Assembly: GCA_029560465.1 (NCBI GenBank)
Contig: JAKQKX010000045.1
Span: 88,260 to 152,259, forward strand
Length of the DNA: 64,000 nt
Direction: 5' to 3'
Origin: Candidatus Omnitrophota bacterium
GTDB taxonomy: Bacteria > Omnitrophota > Gorgyraeia > Zapsychrales > JANLHA01
Shown: positions 40,398-49,936 of the stretch, piece by piece
How positions within the stretch are numbered: the first letter of the stretch is position 1
How the letters are laid out: each line of letters begins with the position of its first letter
The notes under the pieces: model-generated
The model's database searches: none
The model's input: only the letters and a program-made list of their open reading frames with translations
What the model was told of the DNA's origin: nothing
Position numbers and translations under genes: made by a program

Positions 40398-41855
40398 CTA
40401 TCCTTTAATATTCCCCACAGGGATAAAGCGGGCCACCCGTTTGCTGATCCCGGCCATCTCTGTCGCATCGGTAACGTCGTCAATATTTTTATACGCGGCG
40501 CCGGCTTCCTCTGCCAGGCCCTGCAAAGACGACGTGTTCACATAAATCCCTTTCACCCGCATCTGTTCGAGCAAGGCGCGGCCCTGGAACAGGCCGCGGG
40601 CTTTATGACGGCTCATCGTGCGCCCGCTGCCGTGCGCGGTCGAACAAAATGTCTCCGCGCTGCCTTCCACACCCGTTAACAGATACGAACCCGTTTCCAT
40701 GCTCCCGCCGATGATCACTGGCTGCCCGATTTTCCGGTAAACGTCAGGCAGGCCGGCCCTCCCCGGGCCAAACGCACGCGTCGACCCCTTCCGGTGCACC
40801 AGAAGTTCCTGGTCCCGCCCGTCAACCGGGTGTGTTTCCAATTTAGCGATATTATGAGCCACATCATAAATCTGCTGCATGCCGAGGTCCTCCGCCTTCT
40901 TTTGGAACACTTCAGAAAAGACCTCCCGGATCCGGTGCAAAATCACCTGGCGGTTGGCAAAAGCCATATTCACGGCGCATTTCATGGCGGAGAAATACGC
41001 CTGCCCTTCCTGCGAACGGAACGGCGCGCAGGACAGCTCCCGGTCAATCACATCCAACCCATATTTGCTTTTCATCACTTTTAAAAAAATCTGAAGATAA
41101 TCCGTGGCCACCTGGTGTCCAAACCCCCGGCTCCCGCAATGGAACATCACGACGACCTGATGGGGGATATTGAGGCCCAGGGCATCCGCGTATTCTTTAC
41201 AGAAAATATTTTCCGGCTTAAGGACCTGAATTTCAAGATAATGGTTCCCTGAACCCAAAGTCCCCACCTGTTGATATCCCCGGGAAACCGCTTTGTCGCT
41301 GACATCCCCGGAATCCGCGCCCCGCAGACAACCCGATTCTTCGGTTTTATCCAAATCATCCGGCCACCCCCATCCGCGGGCAACGCACCAGGAGGCGCCC
41401 TGTTCGACAAGACGCCGGAACTCTTTTTTAGAAACATCCAGATCACTCGCCCCGCCGACGCCGGAAGGGACTCGCTGAAACAGCCGGTCCACCAAGGCTT
41501 TCAACCGCGGCTGCACGTCCTCATACGTCAAGTTGGTCTTAACAAGACGCATGCCGCAATTAATGTCAAACCCGATCCCTCCGGGAGAAATAACGCCGTC
41601 ATCGGGGCGCATCGCCGCGACTCCGCCGATAGGGAACCCGTAACCCCAGTGGCCATCCGGCATGCAGAACGCGTATTTCTGGATACCCGGCAATTTGGCG
41701 ACGTTCGCCACCTGGTCAAAAACAACCGCCTCCATATTTCTCAGAAGGGCCTCTGTGGCATAAATCCGCGCCGGGACGTTCATGCCCGGGCTATGGTCTT
41801 GAGACAACTCCCAAACAGCCGGGGCGACTCTTTTTATATCTCGAGGTAACGGCAT
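40398..41855 (-). CDS. rtcB: RNA-splicing/repair ligase RtcB
   Basis: MPDGHWGYGFPIGG, GFDINCG, GSGNHYLE, HCGSRG, HNIA, HRKG, HGSGR; metal and guanylylation residues intact. Confidence 0.96.
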   Translation of the reverse strand: MPLPRDIKRVAPAVWELSQDHSPGMNVPARIYATEALLRNMEAVVFDQVANVAKLPGIQKYAFCMPDGHWGYGFPIGGVAAMRPDDGVISPGGIGFDINCGMRLVKTNLTYEDVQPRLKALVDRLFQRVPSGVGGASDLDVSKKEFRRLVEQGASWCVARGWGWPDDLDKTEESGCLRGADSGDVSDKAVSRGYQQVGTLGSGNHYLEIQVLKPENIFCKEYADALGLNIPHQVVVMFHCGSRGFGHQVATDYLQIFLKVMKSKYGLDVIDRELSCAPFRSQEGQAYFSAMKCAVNMAFANRQVILHRIREVFSEVFQKKAEDLGMQQIYDVAHNIAKLETHPVDGRDQELLVHRKGSTRAFGPGRAGLPDVYRKIGQPVIIGGSMETGSYLLTGVEGSAETFCSTAHGSGRTMSRHKARGLFQGRALLEQMRVKGIYVNTSSLQGLAEEAGAAYKNIDDVTDATEMAGISKRVARFIPVGNIKG

Positions 41856-41874
41856 CCTTCCTCCAACACGCCCG

Positions 41875-42105
41875 CTATAACTCCAGGGTTTCCGATGGTT
41901 TGTCCTTATCCCAATACCGGCATCTGGGTACCGTCGGAACCGCCCGGCTCACAAGCCTTTGGACCGGAGCGTTTCCCAAAGTCCCTCCCGGCTCAATCTG
42001 CGCCAGGAGGCAGACCGCGGCCCATGTTCCCAGGCGGACATCCATGGGGTGACGGACTTCAATGGTTTTGCCGTTCGTCGGGCAAAAATAATGATAAAAA
42101 GGCAT
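41875..42105 (-). CDS. Small FmdB-like zinc-ribbon protein
   Basis: MPFYHYFCPTNGKTIEVRHPM..APVQRLVS. Confidence 0.75.
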   Translation of the reverse strand: MPFYHYFCPTNGKTIEVRHPMDVRLGTWAAVCLLAQIEPGGTLGNAPVQRLVSRAVPTVPRCRYWDKDKPSETLEL

Positions 42106-42156
42106 ACTAGGGCTTCTGGCAGGTTTAAAATATTATAATCCGCGTCCATCGGACGC

Positions 42157-42660
42157 CTATGTCTTCTCAACCCCGCCGTGTTTATTAACTTTCCGTTTAT
42201 CAAAGCGGCCTGATTCGCAGGCCAGGACAAAACTTTCGCCGATACGCTTTAAATCTTCCCATTCTTTGCGGATAAACTGGGCCTCATCACAGGATATCCG
42301 TTTATCTTCTCCGTAAGACCTGGAGATCGCATCGAGGGTCTCTGAAAATTCTTTAATTAAAAGGTGGATATTATTCATGACACGGGAATCAATGTTAACC
42401 GCCTCATTCGGATTCTTCACGAAATATCCCTTCCCCAGCTGACACATCCATTGGATTAAATCCGGGTCTTCCGTAAGCTCATAAATTCTTTGAATCCGGT
42501 CTAATGGGTTAGACGCTCCGCTAGGCAACCAGGACTCCGGATCCTGGCTGTCTTGACACCATTTGTATACCAGAGACTGCGAGACATTAAGCTCCGCCGC
42601 CACTTTCTTGACCCCGACTTTCGATATCACCTGTTTTAAGACTTCAAATGATTTACGCAC
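42157..42660 (-). CDS. Phage CII-like / HTH regulatory protein
   Basis: N-terminal HTH (VKKVAAELNVSQSLVYKW), SGASNPLDRI, helical C-terminus D.RI...EA..IRKEW. Confidence 0.7.
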   Translation of the reverse strand: MRKSFEVLKQVISKVGVKKVAAELNVSQSLVYKWCQDSQDPESWLPSGASNPLDRIQRIYELTEDPDLIQWMCQLGKGYFVKNPNEAVNIDSRVMNNIHLLIKEFSETLDAISRSYGEDKRISCDEAQFIRKEWEDLKRIGESFVLACESGRFDKRKVNKHGGVEKT

Positions 42661-42723
42661 ACCAGCCTCCTCTCCAATTTAAGGATACTGAGCCGCCCCT
42701 CTGGCGTGAACGAAAAAAGCCCG

Positions 42724-45339
42724 CTAACCTTGAGCAAGAACCTGCTTAATGACAATATTCAATTCATCAAAATTGAAAGGTTTTGTCAACATCCCTTTAA
42801 ACCCGTATTTTTCATATTGCGACATAACCGGGTCATTAGAATACCCACTCGTTACGATCGCCTTGACGCGAGGATCAATCTTCTGGAGCTCCCGCAAAGT
42901 ATCTTTGCCTCCCATCCCTCCACGAACTGTTAAATCTAGAATAACCAGCAAAAAAAGTTGCCCCTGCGTCTTGGCCTCCCGGAACTTTTCGATCGCTTCC
43001 TCCCCGCTGGTCGTTAACACCACTTCAAATCCAAAACGGAATAAAAACTGCCCAAACATGCTCCTCACCACCGATTCGTCATCTAAAACCAAAACCCGTC
43101 CATGTCCCTGGACAATATCAAGGCTCATCGGGATATCCGGTTCCGTCTCCTGGCTCGTAGCCGGTAAATATATGTCAAAAGTCGTGCCCACATCCACTTG
43201 TGAGGACAACGTCATGTGGCCACCGTGTTTTTTGACAATGGAATAACTCCCTGCCAAGCCCAGCCCGTTTCCCATTGTTTTCGTTGTAAAAAACGGGGAG
43301 AAAATTTTCGGAAGGTTCTCCTCCGGAATGCCGACCCCTTCATCCTGAAAGGATATCAAAAGATACATCCCTTCCGGAATAGGGAGGTTATGTTCTTTTT
43401 GAACAAGGATGTTCTTGGCCGTAACCGTCAAATGCCCGCCCTTGGGCATAGCCTGAATGGCGTTGATCGTCAGGTTATGGAAAACCTGGCGGATCTGGCC
43501 GCCATCAATCTCTGCTGTCCAGAGTTCAGGCCCGACCTTATACGAACAAACAATATTGGACCCCCTTGAAACAAAATCAACAGACTCCTTAATCAACGGG
43601 CCGACCTTCATGACCTTCTTGATCGGAGCGCCCCCTTTCGAAAAAGCCAAAAGCTGTTGGGTCAACTGCTTGGCCTCCATGGACGTTTTTTCAACCTCCG
43701 TGAGCAGCTCAAACTCCTCGCTGTCCTGCGCCATCTTAAACTTTGCCAAGGAAACATTTCCGACAATCGACGTTAGGATATTATTAAAATCATGCGCGAT
43801 CCCTCCGGCCAGGACGCCAATTGTCTCCAGTTTCTGGACTTTATTGAGCTCTTCCCGAATTTTTTCTTCCGCGGTAACATCCTGTAAGACAACCACGATT
43901 CCAAGAAGGTCGCCGTTATTATCTTTGATCGGGGCCGCATTAAATATCACCATCTTAAGTTTACCCGTGGCGCTTCTTAAAACACGCCTACGGCCCCGAA
44001 CCGAAAAACGACTTTCTTTAATCAGTTCGAGATACGGATCCTCCCCGGGGCTGAATTGCATATCCTCAAAAGAAAAAATTTCTGTAAAATCTTTATTTTG
44101 CACGTCCCCTTGCGTCATGCCGCATAATTTCTCAGCCATTTCACTCAATAAAATCATTTTACCCCGAAGGTCCACAGTAATAACCGCATCCGTAATCGAA
44201 CGCAGTGTCACGGCCAGCCGCTCTTTCTCCGCCTCCAATTCTCCGCGTGAAAACCGCATTTTCCGGACCAGATCATTGAAACTGGCCGCCAAATCCCCGA
44301 CCTCATCGTTAGAACTGATTCTCACCGGACTGTTTAAATCACCGCTGGCAATGCGGGTAGAAGCCTCAACCAATTTTTTAATTGGGTCAACAATAGCCAT
44401 GCTTAACAAGGGCGACAGCATGATAACAGCCAAGCCGCCCCCGATTACAATCCATAAAGCGTGCTGTTTAATTTTAGTCCCTACAGCAAGTGCCTGCTGG
44501 CGGTCCTGAATAATACCGATGCGCCATCTCTGCCCGGGATAAGCGCTAAATCCGGGCATTGTGCTAAATGCGCAAACTTTAGGAACTCCCTTCATATCAG
44601 TAAATTCCCAAAACCCCTCCCTGGCCGCCAGAACTTTCTGCCTTAGATCTTCCGGCTCCAGATGATATAATAATTTTTTGTGTTCAGGATATTCCAGGAG
44701 ATGGCCCTGATCATCAACAACAAAAACATCCCCCCCGTATCCGACGGCTTTCTTGAGAACTAACTGGCTGATATTTTCCAGGCTCACTTGGCCGGTCACC
44801 AGAGCCCGCACAGTTCCATCATCACTAAAAATTGGCGCGGCGGTAATATAAATTAAACGGAACGGCATCATGGTCGCATGAACAGGAGAAACGGTCGCCT
44901 TTCCCTTCAGGGCATTATTAAGCCACTCCTGTCCTTTCCAGTCCCCCCGATATTCATCAGAGGTAGAAGCCAGGGCCTGCCCTTCTTTATCAACCAGCGT
45001 GATCTCGTCAAACAGGTTATAAAAATTTTTGATATGCTTAATATCCTTAACGATTTCTTCTTTAGAACTGAGACCGGAAAGGAGGTTAGGGGTTCTCGCC
45101 AGTGTTTCTGTCTGAATCAGCGTTAAGTCAATCAGGCTTTCAATCTGATTGCCGATAAGCTGCACATAAGTTATGAGCTTCGTCTTAGCTTCCTGCCGGA
45201 TATATTGTGCTACTATTTTATCTGTTATGAAATAAGCGGACAAAAAAGGGATTAATGACGCCAGCAGGAAGCAAAGCAAAATCTTAAAATCAAGGCTTAT
45301 CCGGTTCTTCATATTTACTCTTCCCCGGAACATTTTCAT
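42724..45339 (-). CDS. Hybrid Cache-HAMP-PAS histidine kinase with C-terminal receiver
   Basis: Two TMs, HAMP, PAS, LAGGIAHDFNN, NAIQAMP, PFFTTK, GLGL, receiver (LDLTVRGGMGG). Start may instead be ATG 45312. Confidence 0.92.
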   Translation of the reverse strand: MKMFRGRVNMKNRISLDFKILLCFLLASLIPFLSAYFITDKIVAQYIRQEAKTKLITYVQLIGNQIESLIDLTLIQTETLARTPNLLSGLSSKEEIVKDIKHIKNFYNLFDEITLVDKEGQALASTSDEYRGDWKGQEWLNNALKGKATVSPVHATMMPFRLIYITAAPIFSDDGTVRALVTGQVSLENISQLVLKKAVGYGGDVFVVDDQGHLLEYPEHKKLLYHLEPEDLRQKVLAAREGFWEFTDMKGVPKVCAFSTMPGFSAYPGQRWRIGIIQDRQQALAVGTKIKQHALWIVIGGGLAVIMLSPLLSMAIVDPIKKLVEASTRIASGDLNSPVRISSNDEVGDLAASFNDLVRKMRFSRGELEAEKERLAVTLRSITDAVITVDLRGKMILLSEMAEKLCGMTQGDVQNKDFTEIFSFEDMQFSPGEDPYLELIKESRFSVRGRRRVLRSATGKLKMVIFNAAPIKDNNGDLLGIVVVLQDVTAEEKIREELNKVQKLETIGVLAGGIAHDFNNILTSIVGNVSLAKFKMAQDSEEFELLTEVEKTSMEAKQLTQQLLAFSKGGAPIKKVMKVGPLIKESVDFVSRGSNIVCSYKVGPELWTAEIDGGQIRQVFHNLTINAIQAMPKGGHLTVTAKNILVQKEHNLPIPEGMYLLISFQDEGVGIPEENLPKIFSPFFTTKTMGNGLGLAGSYSIVKKHGGHMTLSSQVDVGTTFDIYLPATSQETEPDIPMSLDIVQGHGRVLVLDDESVVRSMFGQFLFRFGFEVVLTTSGEEAIEKFREAKTQGQLFLLVILDLTVRGGMGGKDTLRELQKIDPRVKAIVTSGYSNDPVMSQYEKYGFKGMLTKPFNFDELNIVIKQVLAQG

Positions 45340-45521
45340 CCTGAAAGGAGGAGCCTTCCTGCAGGATAAAAATCCCGGACTTCAAGACGAGGCATGATAC
45401 TTTATTTATAAAATATTTTTTAAATAAATATTTATATTTATACTAACAGGAGAAAGAAATGGCCTCAAGACAAAACCATAAAATTTCAGACTGTTATAAC
45501 CGGATTTTTATTTATGCTGTC

Positions 45522-45551
45522 TTGGCAACCGGGACATCCTTCAGGTATAAT
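45522..45551 (+). promoter_or_regulatory. Promoter probably giving a leaderless yjbQ mRNA
   Basis: TTGGCA-N18-TATAAT; ATG 45558 begins 7 nt after the end of the -10 box; no SD sequence. Confidence 0.5.
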
Positions 45552-45557
45552 GGGATC

Positions 45558-45953
45558 ATGCTCGTTATCCGGATTAAAACCCAAACACGTGAAGAAATTG
45601 TTGATATCACGGCAACCCTGCAGGATATCGTCAAAAAAGAACACTGGCAATCAGGAATCCTCACCCTGTATTCCCCGCACACAACCGCAGCCTTAAGCGT
45701 TAATGAAAATGCCGATCCGGACGTTAAAAGAGATTTGCTCTCCTTTTTAAAAGGAACCATTCCTCCGTCCCCTGATTTTAAGCACAGGGAAGGGAATTCT
45801 GACGCGCACATCAAGGGCGCATTAATCAATTTCTCACAAACTTTTCTTATAGAAAACAGCCGCATACAGTTGGGAACCTGGCAGGGGATCTTTTTCATGG
45901 AATTCGACGGACCGCGTTCCCGGGAAATATGGGTCAAATTCATCGCCGGATAG
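45558..45953 (+). CDS. yjbQ: YjbQ / UPF0047 family protein
   Basis: VDIT, PHTTAALSVNENADPDV, H.EGNSDAHIK, LGTWQGIFFMEFDGPR; likely start ATG 45558. Confidence 0.93.
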   Translation: MLVIRIKTQTREEIVDITATLQDIVKKEHWQSGILTLYSPHTTAALSVNENADPDVKRDLLSFLKGTIPPSPDFKHREGNSDAHIKGALINFSQTFLIENSRIQLGTWQGIFFMEFDGPRSREIWVKFIAG

Positions 45954-45959
45954 CCGGAC

Positions 45960-45990
45960 AAAAAAAGCAGGCCTTTTGAGGCCTGCTTTC
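45960..45990. terminator. Bidirectional terminator between yjbQ and ferredoxin
   Basis: A7 followed by the hairpin GCAGGCCT-TTTG-AGGCCTGC and TTT, between convergent genes. Confidence 0.85.
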
Positions 45991-46016
45991 TCTAATAATC
46001 ATCTTTTTGTCCTGAT

Positions 46017-46202
46017 TCACATGATCTTTATCGCTTCAACCGGGCAATCATCCGCCGCCTGCTGGCACAAATCTTCACATTCCTCCGGGACAAGATCAAC
46101 GGCGGCAACAGCAACGCCGTCATCCATCCGGAAAACTTCTTCACACGTCTGCGTGCACAATTCACACCCGGTGCACAAATCCTTATCAACCTCAGCTCTC
46201 AT
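46017..46202 (-). CDS. Monocluster ferredoxin
   Basis: CTGCELCTQTC..AADDCPVEAI; acidic, 61 aa; RBS AAGGAGG. Confidence 0.93.
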   Translation of the reverse strand: MRAEVDKDLCTGCELCTQTCEEVFRMDDGVAVAAVDLVPEECEDLCQQAADDCPVEAIKIM

Positions 46203-46235
46203 GACAGCCTCCTTTTCTTGCCTTTTTCATCATGT

Positions 46236-46634
46236 TTACCCAACTTCTATGGAATGAGAACCTTGCCATAACCCATGGATATTACAATAACTCGAAGCGA
46301 CCAGCGTGCCGGGCTTCTCGGTCTTAAAACTCAAATGAGTTTCGTACTGAGTATACACCGTGCTGGTATCCGCTCCCGTGGTCGACGCGCCATGAGCGGA
46401 AAATTCCGTCCGGCCAATTTCAATGGGGAACTTTTCTCCCGCCGGGTGGAAAAGAACCGAGATCCAACTGATGTGATGGGCGGTTGTGTTGGGATGCGGA
46501 ATTTCTTTGCCGACGGTGACCGTCACGTTCACCGCTTCCCCCTTCTTAACTTTGGCCGGAGCCTGAAGCACCGGGACATGTTTCTCCTGTTTCCAATCAG
46601 CGGTTTGAAACAAATCCTTCATGTCTGTCATCAC
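46236..46634 (-). CDS. sor: Superoxide reductase (neelaredoxin, 1Fe-SOR)
   Basis: EKHVP, HPNTTAHHISWI, YCNIHGLW. Confidence 0.93.
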   Translation of the reverse strand: MMTDMKDLFQTADWKQEKHVPVLQAPAKVKKGEAVNVTVTVGKEIPHPNTTAHHISWISVLFHPAGEKFPIEIGRTEFSAHGASTTGADTSTVYTQYETHLSFKTEKPGTLVASSYCNIHGLWQGSHSIEVG

Positions 46635-46754
46635 CCACCTCCTTTTTTAATCCGTCGCCCCCTGTTATCAAGAGGAAGACTATCAAGGCTTTTTCTAACA
46701 TGAGATACTATACACCATTTCAAAGCTCTTGTCTAACATCAACAGTAACCCAGG

Positions 46755-48680
46755 TTACCCCCGAAGCTGCCGTTCAGAATCCACAACATCGCGGTCAATG
46801 ATCCGGGCAAGCTTCCCGATCTGCTCTTTGGCCTGTTCCGATAAAGGCGTTTCCTGAAGTTCCCTCAAAACCTGCAGGACCATCCTGAAATACCGAACGA
46901 CCTCTCCTTCATCAGCATCACAATATTGTAAAATACGGTCAAAATCCTCTCCCTTAATCCACCCTTCCATGGCCTCGGCCAAGTGAAAATAACACATTTT
47001 ACTCAACGGGTTGATATCAGCCCGTTTTTCTATTTTATGGATCATTTTAATGGCGTCTGACGTGATCCTCTCCAGGACTTTCGCCTGCCCGCGCAGTTTG
47101 GGCTTTTTGGCGCCTTTACGCGGCTCGTAAACGACTGCGGCGCAAAGCACCCCAAGCTCCGTCAAAGAAAGTTTATCAAAAATCCCCCAGGCAAACAATT
47201 CCGAAAGCATCAATTCATAACCGTAAACCCGGCCTGCGAACAGCCCTTTCTCCGTCAATTCCTTTCCCCGGATATAGTTCATATCCTTGAGGACTTTCAT
47301 TTTCCTCTGGAGAAGGCGTATCGCCTTGCTCCGGGAAATTTTCTTCTCTTGATAAAAATGCAAAGAACGGGGATAAATATCCACCATATTGTCCTGATAC
47401 TGCTGAAACAAATTCAGGATGGTGGCATAAGACAAATTAAACCGGGAGGACACCTGTTCCGGCGTCTGATGGATCATATCATGCAAATTCCTGGGAGAAA
47501 CCTGGAAGGGATTAATCCGGCAAAACACGAACCCTTCGAGGTCAATGGAGCGCCGGCCAGCCCTTCCGGCCATCTGGTAAAAATCCCTCGTCTTCATGAT
47601 GCTGAAAGACCGCCCGTAAAACTTCCTCATCTCGTCAAAAACGACGGTCCGCGCGGGCATATTGATCCCGAGAGCAAAGGTCTCGGTCGTAAATATAACT
47701 TTTATCAACCGGCTCGTGAACAATCTCTCCACGACTTCCTTGAGAGTCGGCAGCATCCCGGCATGGTGATACGCAATCCCTCGCTCGACAAAAGGACGCA
47801 GTTTCGCGGCGCTTGTTTCCGCCGTGAGATCAAACCGCTCGCATAACCCATCATACGTCTCCCGGACGGCCTGCTCCTCCTGGCTGTCAAGAAAATTAAA
47901 ATGCTGCAGCTCTTCCGCCAAATATTCTGTCCGTTTGCGGCTGAACACAAAATAAATACAAGGCAACTGGCCCTTATCTTTCAGGTGTTTGACCAGGGTC
48001 GACAAACGGTTAGGTTTAACATCCAGCGGGCGCGGCCCCCCCCCCTGCCCGGGACGCGGGGATATGACGCCCCGATAGCCGTTCTTAACCAGTTTTTGAA
48101 AATCATCGTAAATTTCATTCTGGCACTGATAGAAAAAATGAAGAGGGACGGGGCGTTTATGTTCCTTCACAATCTTGACCGGCTTACCATGCACGCTCTC
48201 CATCCAGCGCCCCAGTTGCTCGATGTTGGGGACCGTGGCGGAAAGGCCGAGGATATTCATATGATCCGGCATAAGAATCAGGGCCTCTTCCCACACCGTT
48301 CCCCGCTCATAATCGTCAAGATAATGGATCTCATCAAAAATGACCCAGGAATAATCCCGGAGAGTCTTTTTGTCTTCGACGATCTTATTCCGGAAAATTT
48401 CTGTCGTCATAATAAGCGTGGAAGCATTGGGATTGATACTCACGTCACCGGTGAGGATACCGACAGAATCCTGGAACTGAGACTGAAAGTCCCGGTATTT
48501 CTGGTTAGAAAGGGCTTTAATAGGAGCGGTGTAAACGACTTTGCTCCCTTGCTGTAATGACCTCAATATCACATGTTCGGCAATCGCAGTCTTGCCCGCA
48601 CCCGTGGGGGCAGAAACCAAGACAGACTGCCCGGAATTAATGATGTCAATGGCTTTCTGCTGAAACGCATCGTATATCAT
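46755..48680 (-). CDS. Ski2/HelY-like DExH RNA helicase
   Basis: APTGAGKT, PIKALSNQK, DEIH, SAT, HHAG, TETFALGINMPA, QMAGRAGRR, DSHCT-like C-terminus; likely start ATG 48680. Confidence 0.92.
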   Translation of the reverse strand: MIYDAFQQKAIDIINSGQSVLVSAPTGAGKTAIAEHVILRSLQQGSKVVYTAPIKALSNQKYRDFQSQFQDSVGILTGDVSINPNASTLIMTTEIFRNKIVEDKKTLRDYSWVIFDEIHYLDDYERGTVWEEALILMPDHMNILGLSATVPNIEQLGRWMESVHGKPVKIVKEHKRPVPLHFFYQCQNEIYDDFQKLVKNGYRGVISPRPGQGGGPRPLDVKPNRLSTLVKHLKDKGQLPCIYFVFSRKRTEYLAEELQHFNFLDSQEEQAVRETYDGLCERFDLTAETSAAKLRPFVERGIAYHHAGMLPTLKEVVERLFTSRLIKVIFTTETFALGINMPARTVVFDEMRKFYGRSFSIMKTRDFYQMAGRAGRRSIDLEGFVFCRINPFQVSPRNLHDMIHQTPEQVSSRFNLSYATILNLFQQYQDNMVDIYPRSLHFYQEKKISRSKAIRLLQRKMKVLKDMNYIRGKELTEKGLFAGRVYGYELMLSELFAWGIFDKLSLTELGVLCAAVVYEPRKGAKKPKLRGQAKVLERITSDAIKMIHKIEKRADINPLSKMCYFHLAEAMEGWIKGEDFDRILQYCDADEGEVVRYFRMVLQVLRELQETPLSEQAKEQIGKLARIIDRDVVDSERQLRG

Positions 48681-48818
48681 GGCACCCCGGCATCCTTTCG
48701 GCCCAAAACATGAGTGGGAACACCCCCTGTTCTCATCGGCCCCCGTTCCCCCGCCTGCTGGCCAGCTTCTCTTAAACATCTTCCCGACAACAACGCATGA
48801 TACGAGGATCCCAGGATG

Positions 48819-49202
48819 TTATTCCGCGCATTTCTTCGCGACCAATGCGTTAATACGGTCGACCAGTTCGCTCATTTTAAAAGGTTTCGTAAAATAATCA
48901 CTGATGCCTTCCACCGCCATCGCGTCTTGTTTCGTTTCAAAAGACGTCAGGATAATGATCGGGGTGCGTTTAAAATCCCCAATCTTCTTAAATTCCGCGA
49001 TGAATTCAAACCCGTCCATCACGGGCATCTGGATATCCAAAACGATCACGTCGGGATGGGAACGCCAATACTTCTTGATTCCCTCCAGCCCGTGAGCCGC
49101 CGTTTCAACTTTATAGGAATGATTTATTAGGATCTTCTCAAGCAACCGTCGCGTGACTTCGTCATCATCAATGATTAAAATCGTTGCTTTAACGTCAAAC
49201 AT
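48819..49202 (-). CDS. Single-domain response regulator
   Basis: ILIIDDD, LDIQMPVMDGFEF, LTS, TKPF; close paralog of the first receiver in 4049-4786. Confidence 0.9.
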   Translation of the reverse strand: MFDVKATILIIDDDEVTRRLLEKILINHSYKVETAAHGLEGIKKYWRSHPDVIVLDIQMPVMDGFEFIAEFKKIGDFKRTPIIILTSFETKQDAMAVEGISDYFTKPFKMSELVDRINALVAKKCAE

Positions 49203-49332
49203 AGAGGGGTCCCGTCATGACAAGGGCCGGCAAGCCCGGATTTTTTATGTATTATAGCATCTCTTTTTCGAGGGGGAAGCAATTTATGCGCATTTCACGG
49301 GTTCCCCGGGACAAGTAACTTATGCAAAAAAT

Positions 49333-49357
49333 AAAAAAAGCGTCCTCTCGGACACTT
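49333..49357 (-). terminator. Terminator after the DUF2934 gene
   Basis: Minus strand AAGTGTCC-GAGA-GGACGCTT followed by a U-tract (GNRA loop). Confidence 0.7.
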
Positions 49358-49452
49358 CATCACATCTTAAAAAGCAGAAACACAAAATGACAACAACTCA
49401 AAAATGCGCTAAAGGCCATTCCTCAAAACAAAATTCAATGGCAACAGGGCGT

Positions 49453-49662
49453 TTATCTGCGCCCCATTAACAGCTTTTCGGCTTCAAACCAATCAGACCA
49501 ATCGCTGCCGTGAGAACCACCCCGTTGCCGGAACAATTCATAAGCTTTCTTCTGAATATCTTCAGGAGAAATTCGGCTAAAACTGCTTCCGGACCGGGCC
49601 TGTTCAAACCGGTTGGATGTGCTGGTTCTTTGCTCCTTTTTTTTTCTTGTGACCGTTGCCAT
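49453..49662 (-). CDS. DUF2934 family small protein
   Basis: IQKKAYELFRQRGGSHGSDWSDWFEAE; RBS AAAGGAG. Confidence 0.88.
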   Translation of the reverse strand: MATVTRKKKEQRTSTSNRFEQARSGSSFSRISPEDIQKKAYELFRQRGGSHGSDWSDWFEAEKLLMGRR

Positions 49663-49836
49663 TTATCAACTCCTTTCTAAAAAGAATTCTCTCTCGGGAA
49701 AATATAGCCCTCTTCTCAAAAGTCCAAAACAATGACCCCTGTTTTAACGATCTTTTTACCCGCTCTGCCCCCCGCCCAAAATTACCGTACGGGAGAAACC
49801 CTCGAAGCGTGCGCCCCTGGGCCCTCACGCAGACTC

Positions 49837-49865
49837 ATAATATTTAAGATATCCCGGTTTGTCAA
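49837..49865 (-). promoter_or_regulatory. Near-consensus sigma70 promoter upstream of the DUF2934 gene
   Basis: TTGACA-N17-TATTAT on the minus strand. Confidence 0.6.
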
Positions 49866-49936
49866 CACAATTGCTTTCCAAAATAATGGGAGCCCATAAA
49901 TAACCCTAAAGGAAGCCAAGGACTCGGGACGAAGAT

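Noticed and set aside
42157-42660. Prophage, suggested by the CII-like gene
   Set aside because: No integrase, structural, replication or lysis genes and no att-like repeats nearby.
43457-44509. 350-aa plus-strand ORF, and similar long ORFs at 19476-20360, 31639-32463, 23971-24708 and 36785-37522
   Set aside because: Antisense shadows of well-supported minus-strand genes, with no recognisable motifs.
45395-45445. Very AT-rich quasi-palindromic tract (similar tracts at 55430-55545 and 3820-3960)
   Set aside because: Consistent with ordinary promoter or UP-element DNA; no DnaA-box array or iterons were seen.
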